Shown here: piece after piece, positions 1 through 11,985 of the stretch | How positions within the stretch are numbered: the first letter of the stretch is position 1 | How the letters are laid out: each line of letters starts with the position of its first letter | NCBI GenBank assembly: GCA_030390025.1 | Contig: CM059432.1 | Location: 48,362,001 to 48,426,000 of the forward strand | Direction of reading: 5' to 3' | Origin: Squalus acanthias | Lineage: Eukaryota | Length of the DNA stretch: 64,000 bases | Translations under genes and position numbers: made by a program | The notes under the pieces: model-generated | Database searches by the model: none | Seen by the model: only the letters and a program-made list of their open reading frames with translations | What the model was told of the DNA's origin: nothing

Positions 1-82
1 TGGTTCCACACAGACAAATCCGCCAATACTTCACCCAAATGGCTATTATAGTGCCTGCATGCTATTCAGTTGTGGCAGGCAC

Positions 83-223
83 CAAGTTCCCGTTAATTTT
101 TTTTGGGTGCACGGTCCATTCAAAATACCGTGTATGCGCGGTTTTTCCCACTGAAAAGCTGGCAAGACGGCTGTGCGGGAGGTCCAGAGAGCTGCACGGC
201 TGCGCGGCTTAAACGGAACATTA
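83..223. mobile_element. hAT-type MITE (~140 bp), copy 1
   Basis: Ends CAAGTTCCCGTTAA...TTAAACGGAACATTA. Degenerate 8-bp TSD gcaggcac/gtaggtac. Inverted homolog at 13604-13746. Confidence 0.7.
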
Positions 224-619
224 GTAGGTACCCCAGCCAAACCCAGTGATGTCCGTATACGAGTGCTTTCCAAGCAGGAGTCACTGTGTACAATGACCAT
301 AAGTGGGAAGGCTTGCCCTCTAAGGACTCTTGCCCTAGAGGTTTTACCCTCTAACTTAGAGACAGTGAAGTTAACTGTGATGTCTCGATTTGGCTGAAAA
401 TAGCTAACTCAGCACAAGTCAGGGATTGAGTTTAAGGTTCCACTAGTCTGTACCACTCAGTACCACATCACACTGGGTAACCAGCCAGAAGGAGATCTAC
501 TATCCAGGCATTTAAACCGATAAGTTATTCATTTTCCAATCAGCAGGAATTTATTAACTTTTGGCTAATTATTCAAGGAAATGAATTAAATCTTAAGTCA
601 GTTGATATGTAGCATGGAT

Positions 620-625
620 TTTATT
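620..625 (-). terminator. Candidate polyadenylation signal AATAAA of LRRCC1 (a second one at 550-555)
   Basis: tttatt on the + strand, 27 nt downstream of the stop codon. Confidence 0.5.
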
Positions 626-652
626 ATTATTGGATGTTTGTCTGTTGTAGTC

Positions 653-775
653 TCACAATTCTTGTTTGATATCATTGAGGGCATTGGTCAGCTTCCGTAT
701 CTTCTCCTCCATGTTTTTTTTGCCATTTGCTGTCTCACGGAGAAGCTGACGCATTTCTTCTTCCACTTGATAGAC
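653..775 (-). CDS. LRRCC1: LRRCC1 terminal coding exon VYQVEEEMRQLLRETANGKKNMEEKIRKLTNALNDIKQEL*
   Basis: Acceptor ccttTAG, 123 bp ending in TGA (653-655). Absent from the ORF track and translated by hand. Resembles the LRRCC1 C-terminus (EMRELL.ET..NKK.ME.KI..L..ALN.I.Q). Confidence 0.92.
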   Translation of the reverse strand, partial: VYQVEEEMRQLLRETANGKKNMEEKIRKLTNALNDIKQEL

Positions 776-1225
776 CTAAAGGATTTAAAATCTGATTACC
801 TTTTATGTTGCAAGAGGTTGCTATAAGATTTTTTGAATTTACATGAAAAATGTGTAATACAAAGTTGCATACTAATAACGGTCCATCCAAAATGATAATA
901 CAGCAAAAACCCTTCAACCTATAAATTATTGGGTTTAAACATTGATCATATTATTTGTTAATTTTTACACATCACATTAGCAATCTAACTATAAATGAAC
1001 AGGCAATTAATTGAGCAGTCCAAGAGATGCTTTCCTTCTCACAAGATGTGGAAAATTGTTTAAATGATCCCGTATTCTGAAAACAAATTGCATGTCACAA
1101 ACAGTTTTATTAATTCTAAAGTGCTTTCGATATTCACTATACCCTGCCTTAGTTGCACTATTCTTTGCATCAGCTATTTAAAGTTCTGCATCTTGAACCT
1201 TCATTACTTCTTCACTCTTCAACTA

Positions 1226-4200
1226 CATAGGATTACATAGGATATACGGCACAGAAACAGGCGACTCGGCCCAATCAGTCCCCGTCGGCATTTATAGAAA
1301 CATAGAAAAAAAAATAGGAGCAGGATAAGGCCATTCGGCCCTTCGAGCCTGCTCCACCATTCAATATGATCATGACTGATCCTCTATCTCGATACCATAT
1401 TCCCGTTCTCTCCCCATACCCCTTGATGCCTTTTGTGTCTAGAAATCACAGCCTTCTGTGGTAGAGAATTCCACAGGTTCACCACCCTCTGAGTGAAGAA
1501 ATTTCTCATCTCAGTCCTAAATGTCCAACCCCGTATCCTGAGACTGTGACCCCTCGTTCTAGACCCCCCAGCCAGGGGAAACATCCTCCCTGCATCCAGT
1601 CTGTCTAGCCCTGTCAGAATTTTATACGTTTCAATGAGATCCCCTCTCATTCTTCTAAACTCTACCCAATCTCTCCTCATACGACAGTCCTGCCATGCCA
1701 GGAATCAGTCTGGTGAACCTTCGCAGCACTCCCTCTATGGTAAGTATATCCTTTCTTAGGTAAGGAGACCAAAACTGCACACAGTACTCCAGGTGTGGTC
1801 TCACCAAGGCCCTGTATAACTGTAGTAAGACATCCTTGCTCCTATACTCAAATCCTCTTGCAATGAAGACCAACATACCATTTGCCTTCCTAACTGCTTG
1901 CTGCACCTGCATGTTTGCTTTCAGTGACTGGTGTACAAGGACACCCAGGTCCCTCTCTACATCAACATTTCCCAATCTATCACCATTTAAATAATACTCT
2001 GCCTTTCTGTTTTTCCTACCGAAGTGGATAACTTCACATTTATCCACGTTATACTGCATCTGCCATGTATTTGCCCATTCACTCAACTTGTCTAAATCAC
2101 CTTGAAGCCTCTTTGCACCCTCCTCACAACTCATAATCCCACCTAGTTTTGTGTCGTCAGCAAACTTGGAAATATTACATTTGGTTCCCTCATCCAAATC
2201 ATTGATATATATTGTGAATAGCTGGGGCAAAGCACTGATCCCTGCGGTATCCCACTAGTCACCGCTTGCCACCCTGAAAAAGACCCATTTATTCCTACTC
2301 TCTGTTTCCTGTCTGTTAACCAATTTTCAATCAATGCCAGTATATTACCCCCAATCCCATGTGCTTTAATTTTGCACATTAACCTCTTATGTGGGACTTT
2401 ATCAAAGGCCCTCTGAAAATCCAAATACACCACATCCACTGGTTCTCCCTTATCTATTCTATCAGTTACATCCTCAAAAAACTCCAGTAGGTTTGTCAAA
2501 CACGATTTCCCTTTCAAAATCCATGTTGACTTTGTCTAATCCCATTGATATTTTCTAAGTGTCCTGTTATCACATCCTTTATAATAGACTGTAGCATTTT
2601 CCCTACTACTGATGTTAGGCTAACCGGTCTGCAGTTCCCTGTTTTCTCTCTCCCTCCTTTTTTAAATAGTGGGGTTACATTTGCCACCCTCCAATCTGCA
2701 GGAACTGTTCCATAATCTATAGAATTTTGGAAGATGACAACCAATGCATCCACTATTTCCATGGCTACCTCTTTTAGTACTCTGGGATGCAGATCATCAG
2801 GCCCTGGGGATTTATCGGCTTTCAGTCCCATATGCTCCACACGAGCCTCCTCCCGTCTTTCCTCATCTAAATCTATCAGCATAACCCTCTATTCCCTTTT
2901 CCCTCATATGCTTGTCTAGCCTCCCCTTAAATGCATCTATGCTATTCGCTTCAACCACTCCCTGTGGTAGCGAGTTCCACATTCTCACCACTCTTTGGGT
3001 AAAGAAGTTTCTTCTGAATTCCCTATTGGATTTCTTGGTGACTATCTTATATTGATGGCCTCTAGTTATGCTCGTCCCCACAAGTGGAAACATTCTGTCT
3101 GTATCCATTTGATCAAAAATTTTCATACTTCTTTTTTCAAGAGAAAAGAGACCCAGCCTGTTCATCCTTTCCTGATATGTATACCCTCGTATTTCTGGTA
3201 TCATCCTTGTAAATCTTCTCTGCACCCTCTCCAGCGCCTCTATATCCTTTTTATAATATGGCGACCAGAACTGTACGCAGTACTCTATGTGTGGTCTAAC
3301 TAAGATTCAATACAGGTTTTGCATAACTTCCCTACTTTTCAATTCTATCCCTCTAGAAATAAACCCTAGTGCTTGGTTTGCTTTTTTAATGACCTTGCTA
3401 ACCTGTGTCGCAACTTTTAGTGATTTGTGTATTTGTATACCGAGATCCCTTTGTTCCTCTACCCCACCTAGACTCGTACCCTCCAAGTGATGTGACCTCC
3501 CTATTCTTCCTACCAAAATGTAATACCTCACATTTATCTGTATTGAACTTCATTTGCCAATTATATGCCCATTCTGCAGGTTTATTAATGTCCTCCTGTA
3601 ACTTGTAGCAGTCCTCTTCAGTATTGACTATCCCCCCCCAATTTGGTGTCATCCGCAAATTTAGAAATTGTGTTTTTGATTCCAAAGTCTAAATCATTAA
3701 TGTAAATTGTGAACAGCAGTGGTCACAGCACTGATCCTTGTGGAACACCACTACCCACCTTCTGCCACTGTGAATAGCTACCCTTTACTCTTACTCTGTC
3801 CTGAAGCCAGCCAGCAATCCATTCTGCTACTTGCCCCTAACTCCGCATTCTCTGACCTTGCTCATCGGTCTATTATGGGGTACCTTATCGAAGGCCTTTT
3901 GAAAATCCAGATAAATTACATCTACTGCATTACCATTGTCTACTCTCTCTGTTACCTCTTCAGAAACTTCAATAAGGTTGATCAAACAAGACTTTCCCTT
4001 TTGAAATCCATGCTGACTATTCATTATTACATTTTTTGGTTTCTAGATGTTCTTCTATTTTCTCCTTTAGTAGGGATTCCATTATTTTTCCTGCCACTGA
4101 TGTTAAGCTGACTGGTCTACAATTCCCTGGACATGTTCTATCCCCCTTCTTAAATATCAGTATTACGTTAGCTATCCACCAGTCCTCTGGCACTATACTT

Positions 4201-5872
4201 TTTCCTAACGAATTATTAAATATGCGTAGTAATGCCTTTGCTATCTCTTCCTTAGAATCTTTTAAAATGCGTGGATGCAATCCATCCGGACCAGGGGTTT
4301 TATCCTCTTTGAGTTTGATTAATTTATTTAATATACTCCCTTTTTAAATTTTAAATGCGCTTATCTCATTACTAATCTTATAGGCCAATGTCATGTCCAC
4401 TTGTTCTATCTCCCTGGTAAATACTGAAGCAAAATAATTATTTAATATTTCTGCCATCTTTCTATCGTTACCTGTGGTATTATCCTGACCATCCCTTAAA
4501 ACCCTATTCCCATCCCAACCTTCCTTTTTTAATTGATGTACATATAAAATATTTTACTATTTTGTTTTATGTTCCTTGATAATTTAATTTCATAGTCCTT
4601 CTTTCCCTCCCTAATTGTTTTTTTGACTTCTCTCCTAATCTCTTCGTATTCTCCCTTATCATGCACTCCCCTGCTGTCTATGTACTTAATGTATGCCTCT
4701 TTCCTTACCCTCAATTGTTCCCTTATGGCTTTATTCATCCATGGAGGCTCAATATTGTTTAGTTTGTTCTTTCCTTTTAGCGGAATATATTTTTCCTGCA
4801 CTCTGTTGAACACCGTTTTAAATGTTTCCCATTGCTGTTCTACATCGTTGTTTGACAATATTGTTGCCCATTTTATTTTCCCAAGTTCTATTCTCAGCCC
4901 CTCAAAATCAGTTTTTCTCCAATCTATTAACCTGGTTTTCATCATACTTATGTCCTTCTCAATTATCATCTTGAAGCGTATTATATTATGGCCACCATTG
5001 CCTAGATGTTCCCCTACTTTTACTTCTCTTATTTGCTCTGGTTCATTCCCCCTAACTAGATCTAATAGCGAATCCTCCTTTGTTGGGCGTTTTACATATT
5101 GGGTTAGAAAGGAGTCCTGTACACATTGTAGGAACTCCATTCCCTTATCCCCTTTATCTACCTCTTGTGTCCAATTAATATCGGGGTAGTTGAAATCCCC
5201 CATGATTATTATTCTATGTTTTTTACTCATTTCCCTAATTTGTCTGTATATTTCTTCCCCCACCTCCCTTCCACTATTAGGTAGTCTGTACACTATGCCT
5301 ATTAGTGTGATTAATCCTTTATTATCTTTCATCTCTATCCATATGGATTCTATTTTTGTCTCGCTAATATTTGTGTCACTTTTTTCTATTGCCATTATGT
5401 TATCCCTAATAAGTACAGCTACTCCACCTCCCCTTTTTCCCTCTCTATCTTTTCTAAATATGTTATACCCTGCAATGTTTAATTCCCAGTCCTGATTTTT
5501 CTGTAGCCATGTCTCAGTAATCCCTACTATGTCTGGTTCCTCGCCACGTATGATTGCCTCCAGCTCCCCTGTTTTATTACGGATACTGTGTGCATTGCTG
5601 TACAGACAGTTTAACTCATTTTTAATAGGATTTCCTCTCACCTTATGTTTAACCATCATTTTAGACTTCTGTTCTATTACTCTATTTATTCCCTTGCCAT
5701 GAATGTCCTCCCTTACTTTATTCTTTCCTGTGCTCTCTTTTCCTGTTTTGTTTATATTTAGGCTGGTTACGTTTCTTGTCGATCTCGCCCCCCATCTTAC
5801 TAGTTTAAAGCCCTTGCCACTTCCCTATTTACCCTTTCCGCTAGGACACGGGTCCCATCACGGTTCAGGTGT
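1226..5872 (-). mobile_element. CR1 LINE (family B), 5'-truncated, ORF2 (APE endonuclease + RT) disrupted; interrupted by another CR1 at 1296-2830
   Basis: ORF 4529-5659 has APE motifs (GITETW, MGDFNYP, LLDLV). RT pieces QHGFQKGKSCL and YLDFQKAFDKVPH. 3' tail matches that at 62990-63066. Confidence 0.9.
1296..2830 (-). mobile_element. CR1 LINE (family A) 3' fragment nested in the 3' UTR of family B CR1
   Basis: RT motifs (YLDFQRAFDKVPH, KFADDTKL, RPHLEYCVQFWSP) and (catagaaa)n tail. The host sequence resumes at tatgctccac (2831). Confidence 0.9.
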
Positions 5873-6493
5873 GGAAAAATTAAACATCAGTTTCTGTCCC
5901 CATATTGCTAATCATTGGTATCCATCTCTCCATTGCCAAATATTTCTCATAAAAATGTTTTAACTAAATATATACATATATAAGGGGTAGAGATAGTACT
6001 AAAGAACTGAATATACTAGCCCCTAGTTAAGTGCCAATTAATTTATTCCCCTCCTTAAAATCAACTGCGGACCGGATAGCATATCTTCACATCTGGGCCA
6101 GGGATTCATTTGCAGCCCAGACTGATAGAAGTGTGCTATTTTCAATTAGCTGGGGGTCCTAAGTGACATTTAGTTTTGACAATCTCAGCAAACTTCCTAC
6201 TGGATATGGTTCCATCGCACATAACTGCCCACCATTCATAAAAGTAATCCTGTTATATTGTTCCTATGCAAATATGTGACTTCAATGGAGAGAACATATT
6301 GGTGTGAAGGAGGGAAAGGGTTAAAGCTTTGCAGTGTGTCCACTCCATAACAGTGCTGTCAATGAGATTTGATCTGTTTAAGAGACTAACTATATTTGGC
6401 AAGTATTAGTTAGGCTTTAACTAGAGACAAATATTTACAAGTCCGATTCCTTACCAATGTTTGCCTTAATGGAAATCGATTTATCAATGTTAA

Positions 6494-7155
6494 CTTGGCT
6501 CAGTTGGTAGCAGTCTTGCCTCTCAGCCAGAAGGTTATGGCTTCTAGCAGCAACATGGACGTGAAACCATACAGGCAGATTTTCCTGTTACTGCACTCGG
6601 GCATATTAGATATAGAATACAATCGAGCAATGCCGATCAAGTACCTATCTTGGAACCTGTCCAGTTTTCTGCCAATTAATTCAAATGGACAAAAATAAAT
6701 CAGGTTTATCATTATCAGTGAGAGATCTTGCCCACCCGATTCTCTACACCTAGGTGATCTAATACACGCAAGCACAATAACAGAAGAAGCTGCCCCATAA
6801 CCTCATCTGATCTCAGTGCAATACTGAGGGAATACTGCATTGTCAGAGATGTCACCTTTTGGATGAGACGTTAAACTGAGGTCCTGTCTGCCTGCCTGGA
6901 TGTAAAGAATCCATGGCACAATTCACAGCAGAGCAGGGAGTCCAGGCCAATATTTCTGCTTCAACCAACACCACCAAAAATAGATTATCTGGTCCTTTAT
7001 TCATTCGATGTTTGTGGGACCTTGCTGTGTGTAAGTTGGCTGCCATGTTTACTTAGATAAGAACTGTAACTATGCTTCAAGAGTAATCCCTTGATTGTAA
7101 ACGCTTTGGAACATCCTAGGGATGTGATCAAGTGCTATATAAAGTCGTTCTTTCA
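6494..7155 (+). mobile_element. DeuSINE (SacSINE1-like), interrupted by a MITE
   Basis: tRNA-like head (tggctcagttggtagc), Deu-like core (ggatgtaaagaatccatggcac), L2-like tail. Confidence 0.7.
6572..6796. mobile_element. Harbinger/Tourist-like MITE (225 bp)
   Basis: Imperfect ~22-bp TIRs (caggcagattttcctgttactg / caataacagaagaagctgcccc) and 3-bp TSD ATA. It splits a SINE. Confidence 0.6.
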
Positions 7156-7180
7156 GTGCACAAAAAAGAGAAAGTGTTAC

Positions 7181-7316
7181 CTTTTCTTTTGCTGCTTCAA
7201 TTTCCTTTTGCTTTTCATTGGCTAATTGCAGAAGTTGGGTCTGTTGAGCTACCTGTACAGTCTCAAGCTGGTGCCTGAATGCATCGTCCATGGAATGAAG
7301 TTTTTCTGCTGCAGCC
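7181..7316 (-). CDS. LRRCC1: LRRCC1 coding exon AAAEKLHSMDDAFRHQLE...LANEKQKEIEAAKEK
   Basis: Acceptor cacttAG and donor GTaaca, 136 bp, phase 2/0. EKLHSMDDAF and LANEKQK motifs. Confidence 0.93.
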
Positions 7317-8760
7317 CTAAGTGATTTTGGACCAACAGACATTAAAATGTTCTGAAAACATTATATAAAAAAATACATTTGTACACCAAAATTAAAACTC
7401 AAACAAAATGTCAATCATTTTGCTGTTTTACGCAGACATGTGATAAGAACACATTATGCAGACATGCAAAACTGGATCACAGAAATTATTCTCAGAGTTT
7501 TTCAAATTATGAGGAAACAGAAGTTACTTCGACAATTCAACATATGAACATAGAAAAATACAATGCTGTAACAGTGAATAGTAATGAATACGTTACAAAT
7601 AAAATACAGAACTATTGTAATGTAAAACAATTCAAATGTTCCAAATTGTTCTTTCTGAAAAAAGCAATATATTATGATTTATATCTGTTTTAAATATTCT
7701 GTAAATAAAATTGGAGACTAGGTAATGGGTTTGGAATTGCTAATAGATGGATTTTAGATTTGATTGAATTGCTATGAGGTTTTTCCAGATTTGTCAAGAA
7801 GCATGCAATAGGTTAAGAAAAACGTTAAGATTTTATTTTTGATATTTTACAGCATGGTTTAATGCTCTCTAAAATATTGAACGTCATCATCTATATCTTA
7901 TTAAAAATCTTGTGTCTGTGCAGACTTTCTGTCTACAAAATCTTACTTCGTGCTGTCAATCTCTTCGTCATATATTTGAGTCAACTTTTCCATTATAAAT
8001 TCCAATGTCCCAATTTAAAATGGAAAATATTGAACTTGTCACTCTGTAATTGCACAACCTGGGCCAGCTGGTGGCACTGTATTACATTTTCCCCACATCA
8101 CAGGCACTGCTTTCTGAAAGAAATTCATCTAAATTATTTTGATCTCTCATTTTTTCAGAATTACTGACTAACTAATGTTCAAAATAAGGGTTTAAGCAAA
8201 ATTTTAAAAAGTTACAATTATTAATTGGATTGTCTGTTGTGTCTTTTAATGCCTTCATTAAAGTTTTTTTTACTTGAAACTCTCAGCTTCTCCAAAAGGC
8301 CTGGGTTTGGATTTGATATTTTTGCCCAGAGCTGATGCTGTGAGTTGGATTTGGATTGTGCAGCGTACCCAATTTCCTAAAATTCATCAGTACCATTCAG
8401 TCAGTTGTACTGATATAACATATTATTTTAGCTTCTAGGTTGAAGAAAAGCTGGAGAACAAATTTCAGGTAAAGTTCATATTTAAAACAAAGTGTGTGAG
8501 AGAGAGCGCGCACAAAATAAAGTGATTACACAACTGTTGCAGTTTTTGTTTTGTGCTCTTTCAATCAAGATCATTTACACATGTTAGGAACAGCAGCAAA
8601 GTATCAGGACTGATCCATGAGGTTCCCCGCTGGGTTAAAATGTGGGAGCAAAGGGATAGATTCAGAAACTCAATAATTGAGCAAAAGATTCAGTTACTTA
8701 ACAGAAATATAAAATATTACAAATAGTAAAAATAATTACAAAACAAAATAATTTGTTAAT

Positions 8761-8960
8761 AAAAACAAAAAATGTTGGAAATACTCAGCAGGTCAGGCAG
8801 CACCTATGGAGAGAGAAAAAGAGTAAACGTTTTAGGTCATTAACCTGAAACGTTAACTCTGTTTCTCTCTCCACAGATGCTGCCTGACCTGTTGAGTATT
8901 TCCAGCATTTTCTGTTTTTATTTCAGATTTCCAGCATCCGCAGTATTTCGCCATTTTTAG
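8761..8960. mobile_element. Palindromic Penelope-like remnant
   Basis: Long inverted arms (ggaaatactcagcaggtcaggcagca / tgctgcctgacctgttgagtatttcc). 16-bp flanking duplication aaaataatttgttaat/aaaataaattgttgat. Confidence 0.65.
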
Positions 8961-9225
8961 AAAATAAATTGTTGATTTAGGCGAGTCAAGGAAAAAGACC
9001 TAAGAGTAATTGTAGACCAAACTTTGATAGCCATGTCATAGAATAGGGCAGCAATTGCAACGGCAAAGAAAATGTTGGGGCGTATAAGCAGGACTACCAG
9101 GAAATGATAGATAAAACACTGGTGGACCAAGCATTTACAACTCTTTTTCTACAATACATAGCGTTACTGAAATAGCAAATACAATAACTAGACTTATGAA
9201 ACTTTTTATTGTTGCCAAAACTTAC

Positions 9226-9363
9226 TTCTGAACTTGCAAAGCTTTGTCTCTCTCTTCAACAAGTTTCCTTTCTTTGGCATCAAAGGTTTCTTTCATCTGT
9301 TTGACCTGTGCTTCCAGCATTGTCAGTATCTCTGCTTTATCCTGCCACTTCTTATTGACAGCA
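9226..9363 (-). CDS. LRRCC1: LRRCC1 coding exon AVNKKWQDKAEILTMLEAQVKQMKE...ERDKALQVQ(K)
   Basis: Acceptor cctatAG and donor GTaagt, 138 bp, phase 2/2. Confidence 0.92.
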
Positions 9364-10100
9364 CTATAGGAACAAAACAATTTGAAGGAAACAAAAACAG
9401 CTCTAATATTTATTGAGTAGTTAAACAATACCAGATTTTTTCAGACTTGTATAAAGTAACCTTGCAATTCTTGTTTTCTATCAAACTATTTCTCGCTATG
9501 GTTTCACAGCAGTTCTGATAAACAGACCATGTCACCTCTGATCCAGAGACCATGCCTCTCATAAGCTGTCTTCAGCAAAGGTATCCAACTTGAGAATTAA
9601 CAATTATCCTACTTGCAGCAACGTGCTTACTGAATTAAATGCTGTCTCCCACTACACTATCTCAGTCAGTTGGGAATCGCTGTTATTAAACATAGACCAG
9701 GATTTAGACTATAGTAGCTAATATTTATTTTCCATAAAACAGAGATATGAAGCAGAAATAAAATCAGCAAATATTATAAGTACAATATATAAACTGAAAT
9801 ACAATGAAAAAACTCCACAATGGTTCAACTGCCCTTTGTAAGAATATCTTCAGATGAATAAAATTTTGTGTGAATGGGACATTCTGCCTGTTTACATTCT
9901 TTTGCATCACACACAGTATTATCATATTGTTTTGCCAGTGAAATGCAGTGCAACTCAATCCACACAGAGAATGAAACGGCGTACTTTGTCTGATCACATA
10001 CCAAACAACAACAACAACTTGTATTTATATAGCGCCTTTGAACATTAGTTATAAGACAAAGAATTTGTCGCCAAGCCACAGCAGGAGAAATTAGGGCAGA

Positions 10101-10570
10101 TAAAGAAAAAAAGACTTGCATTTATATAGCGCCTTTCACGACCACCGGACGTCTCAAAGCGCTTTACAGCCAATAAAATACTTTTGAAGTGGAGTCACTG
10201 TTGTAATATAGGAAACGTGGCAGCCAATTTGCCCACAGCAAGCTCCCACAAACAGCAATGTCATAATGACCAGATAATCTGTTTTTGTTATGTTGGATTG
10301 AGAGATAAATATTGGCCAGGACACCGGGGATAACTCCCCTGCTCTTCTTCGAAATAGTGCAATGGGATCTTTTACGTCCAGCTGAGAGAGCAGACAGCGC
10401 CTCGGTTTAACGTCTCATCCGAAATTTGGTACCTCCGACAGTGCAGCACTCCCTCAGCACTGCACTGGAGTGTCAGCCTAGCTTTATATGCTCAAGTCCC
10501 TGGAGTGGGACTTGAATCCACAACCTTCTGACTCAGAGGTGAGTGTACTACCAACTGAGCCACAGCTGAC
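10101..10570 (-). mobile_element. Full-length DeuSINE (SacSINE1-like)
   Basis: tRNA-derived head with A/B-box-like motifs, Deu-like core, (tttc)n tail. Highly similar to 41709-42177. Confidence 0.85.
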
Positions 10571-11241
10571 AGGTAGGTTTTAACGAGTGTCTTAAAGGAG
10601 GAAAGAGAGGTAGAGAGGTGGAGAGGTTTAAGGAGGGAATTCCAGAGCTTACGGCCTAGGCAGCTGAAGGCACGGCCACCAATGGTTGAGCAATTAAAAT
10701 CAGAGATGCTCAAGAGGGCAGAATCAGATGAACGTTGATATCTCGGTGGGTTGTGGGGCTGGAGGAGATTACAGAGATAGGGAGGGGCGAGGCCATGGAG
10801 GGATTTGAAAACCAGGATGAGAGTTTTAAAATCGAGGCGTTGCTTAACCAGGAGATGTGTAGGTGATGGGTGAACGGGACTTGGTGCGAGTTAGGACACG
10901 GGCAGCTGAGTTTTGGATGACCTCAAGTTTACGTACGGTAGAACGTGGGAGGCCAGCCAGGAGTGCGTTGGAATAGTCAAGTCCAGAGGTAACAAAGGCA
11001 TGGATGAGGGTTTCAGCAGCAGATGAGCTGAGGCAAAGGCGGAGACGGGCAATGTTACAGAGGTGGAAATAGGCGGTCTTAGTTATGGCGCGGATATGTG
11101 GTCGGAAGCTCATTTCAGGAACAAATATGACACCAAGGTTGCGAACATTCTGGTTCAGCCTCAGACAGATGCTAGGGAGAGAGGGAGAGGGATGGAGTCG
11201 GTGGTTAGGGAACGGAGTTTGTGGCGGGGACCAAAGACAAT

Positions 11242-11985
11242 GGGCCGAAAATTGATCCCGGGACGCGAGAGTACGCACTGCGTACTCTCGCGTATTCCCA
11301 CTCCAATTGCCGGTTTTCTGCATGCCCTGCGCATGCGCTGAAAACCGGCAATTGCTCTTCTGAAAAGGGGGCGGGGCCTGGGTGCATCGCGTGCGCGCTA
11401 CAGGCTGCGCGCACGCTGTGCACTTCATGCTTTGGACGCGCAGGTAAGTAGGGAAGATTTTGGAAATGTAAAAAGGAGGAGTAAGACCCGCTTTTAAGAA
11501 GGTAAGTAGTGAATTAAGTATTTTTTTGAATTTTTTTTTACAGGTATATCTTTTTTATAGACTTTAAAGACAGGTAAGTTTATTTTTATAACTTTTTAAA
11601 AGATTTTAAATTTTTTCAAAAATTTAATTTTTTATTTAAAATGGTTAATTTAATTAACTATACTTATTTTATTAATGTGATGGTTTTTTTTTTAAATTTA
11701 ATTGAGGTTTAGCTGTTATTTTGGGGGGGTGTAAGATTCATAGATTTCACAGCCATGCTGTGAGACTTATGAATGGAAGATGGTGTGCTGCCATTGGCTC
11801 TAACTGAGTCACGTGATCACACAGCTCGCACGAATTCACTACGCCGCTGGGATACGCAAGCCCAGCACAGCTGATGTCTGGAACATCAAGTTCGTGCGAG
11901 CTGGATCTGAAAAAGCATAAGCGAGGTGAGACATCGCGGGGAAGGCTTACCCCCGCGGGAACAGAGCGAGATCAATTTCTGGGCC
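11242..11985. mobile_element. Non-autonomous Harbinger-like DNA transposon (744 bp) inside L2
   Basis: TIRs GGGCCGAAAATTGATC / GATCAATTTCTGGGCC and exact 3-bp TSD AAT. The L2 sequence is continuous across it (compare 34478-34500). Confidence 0.8.
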
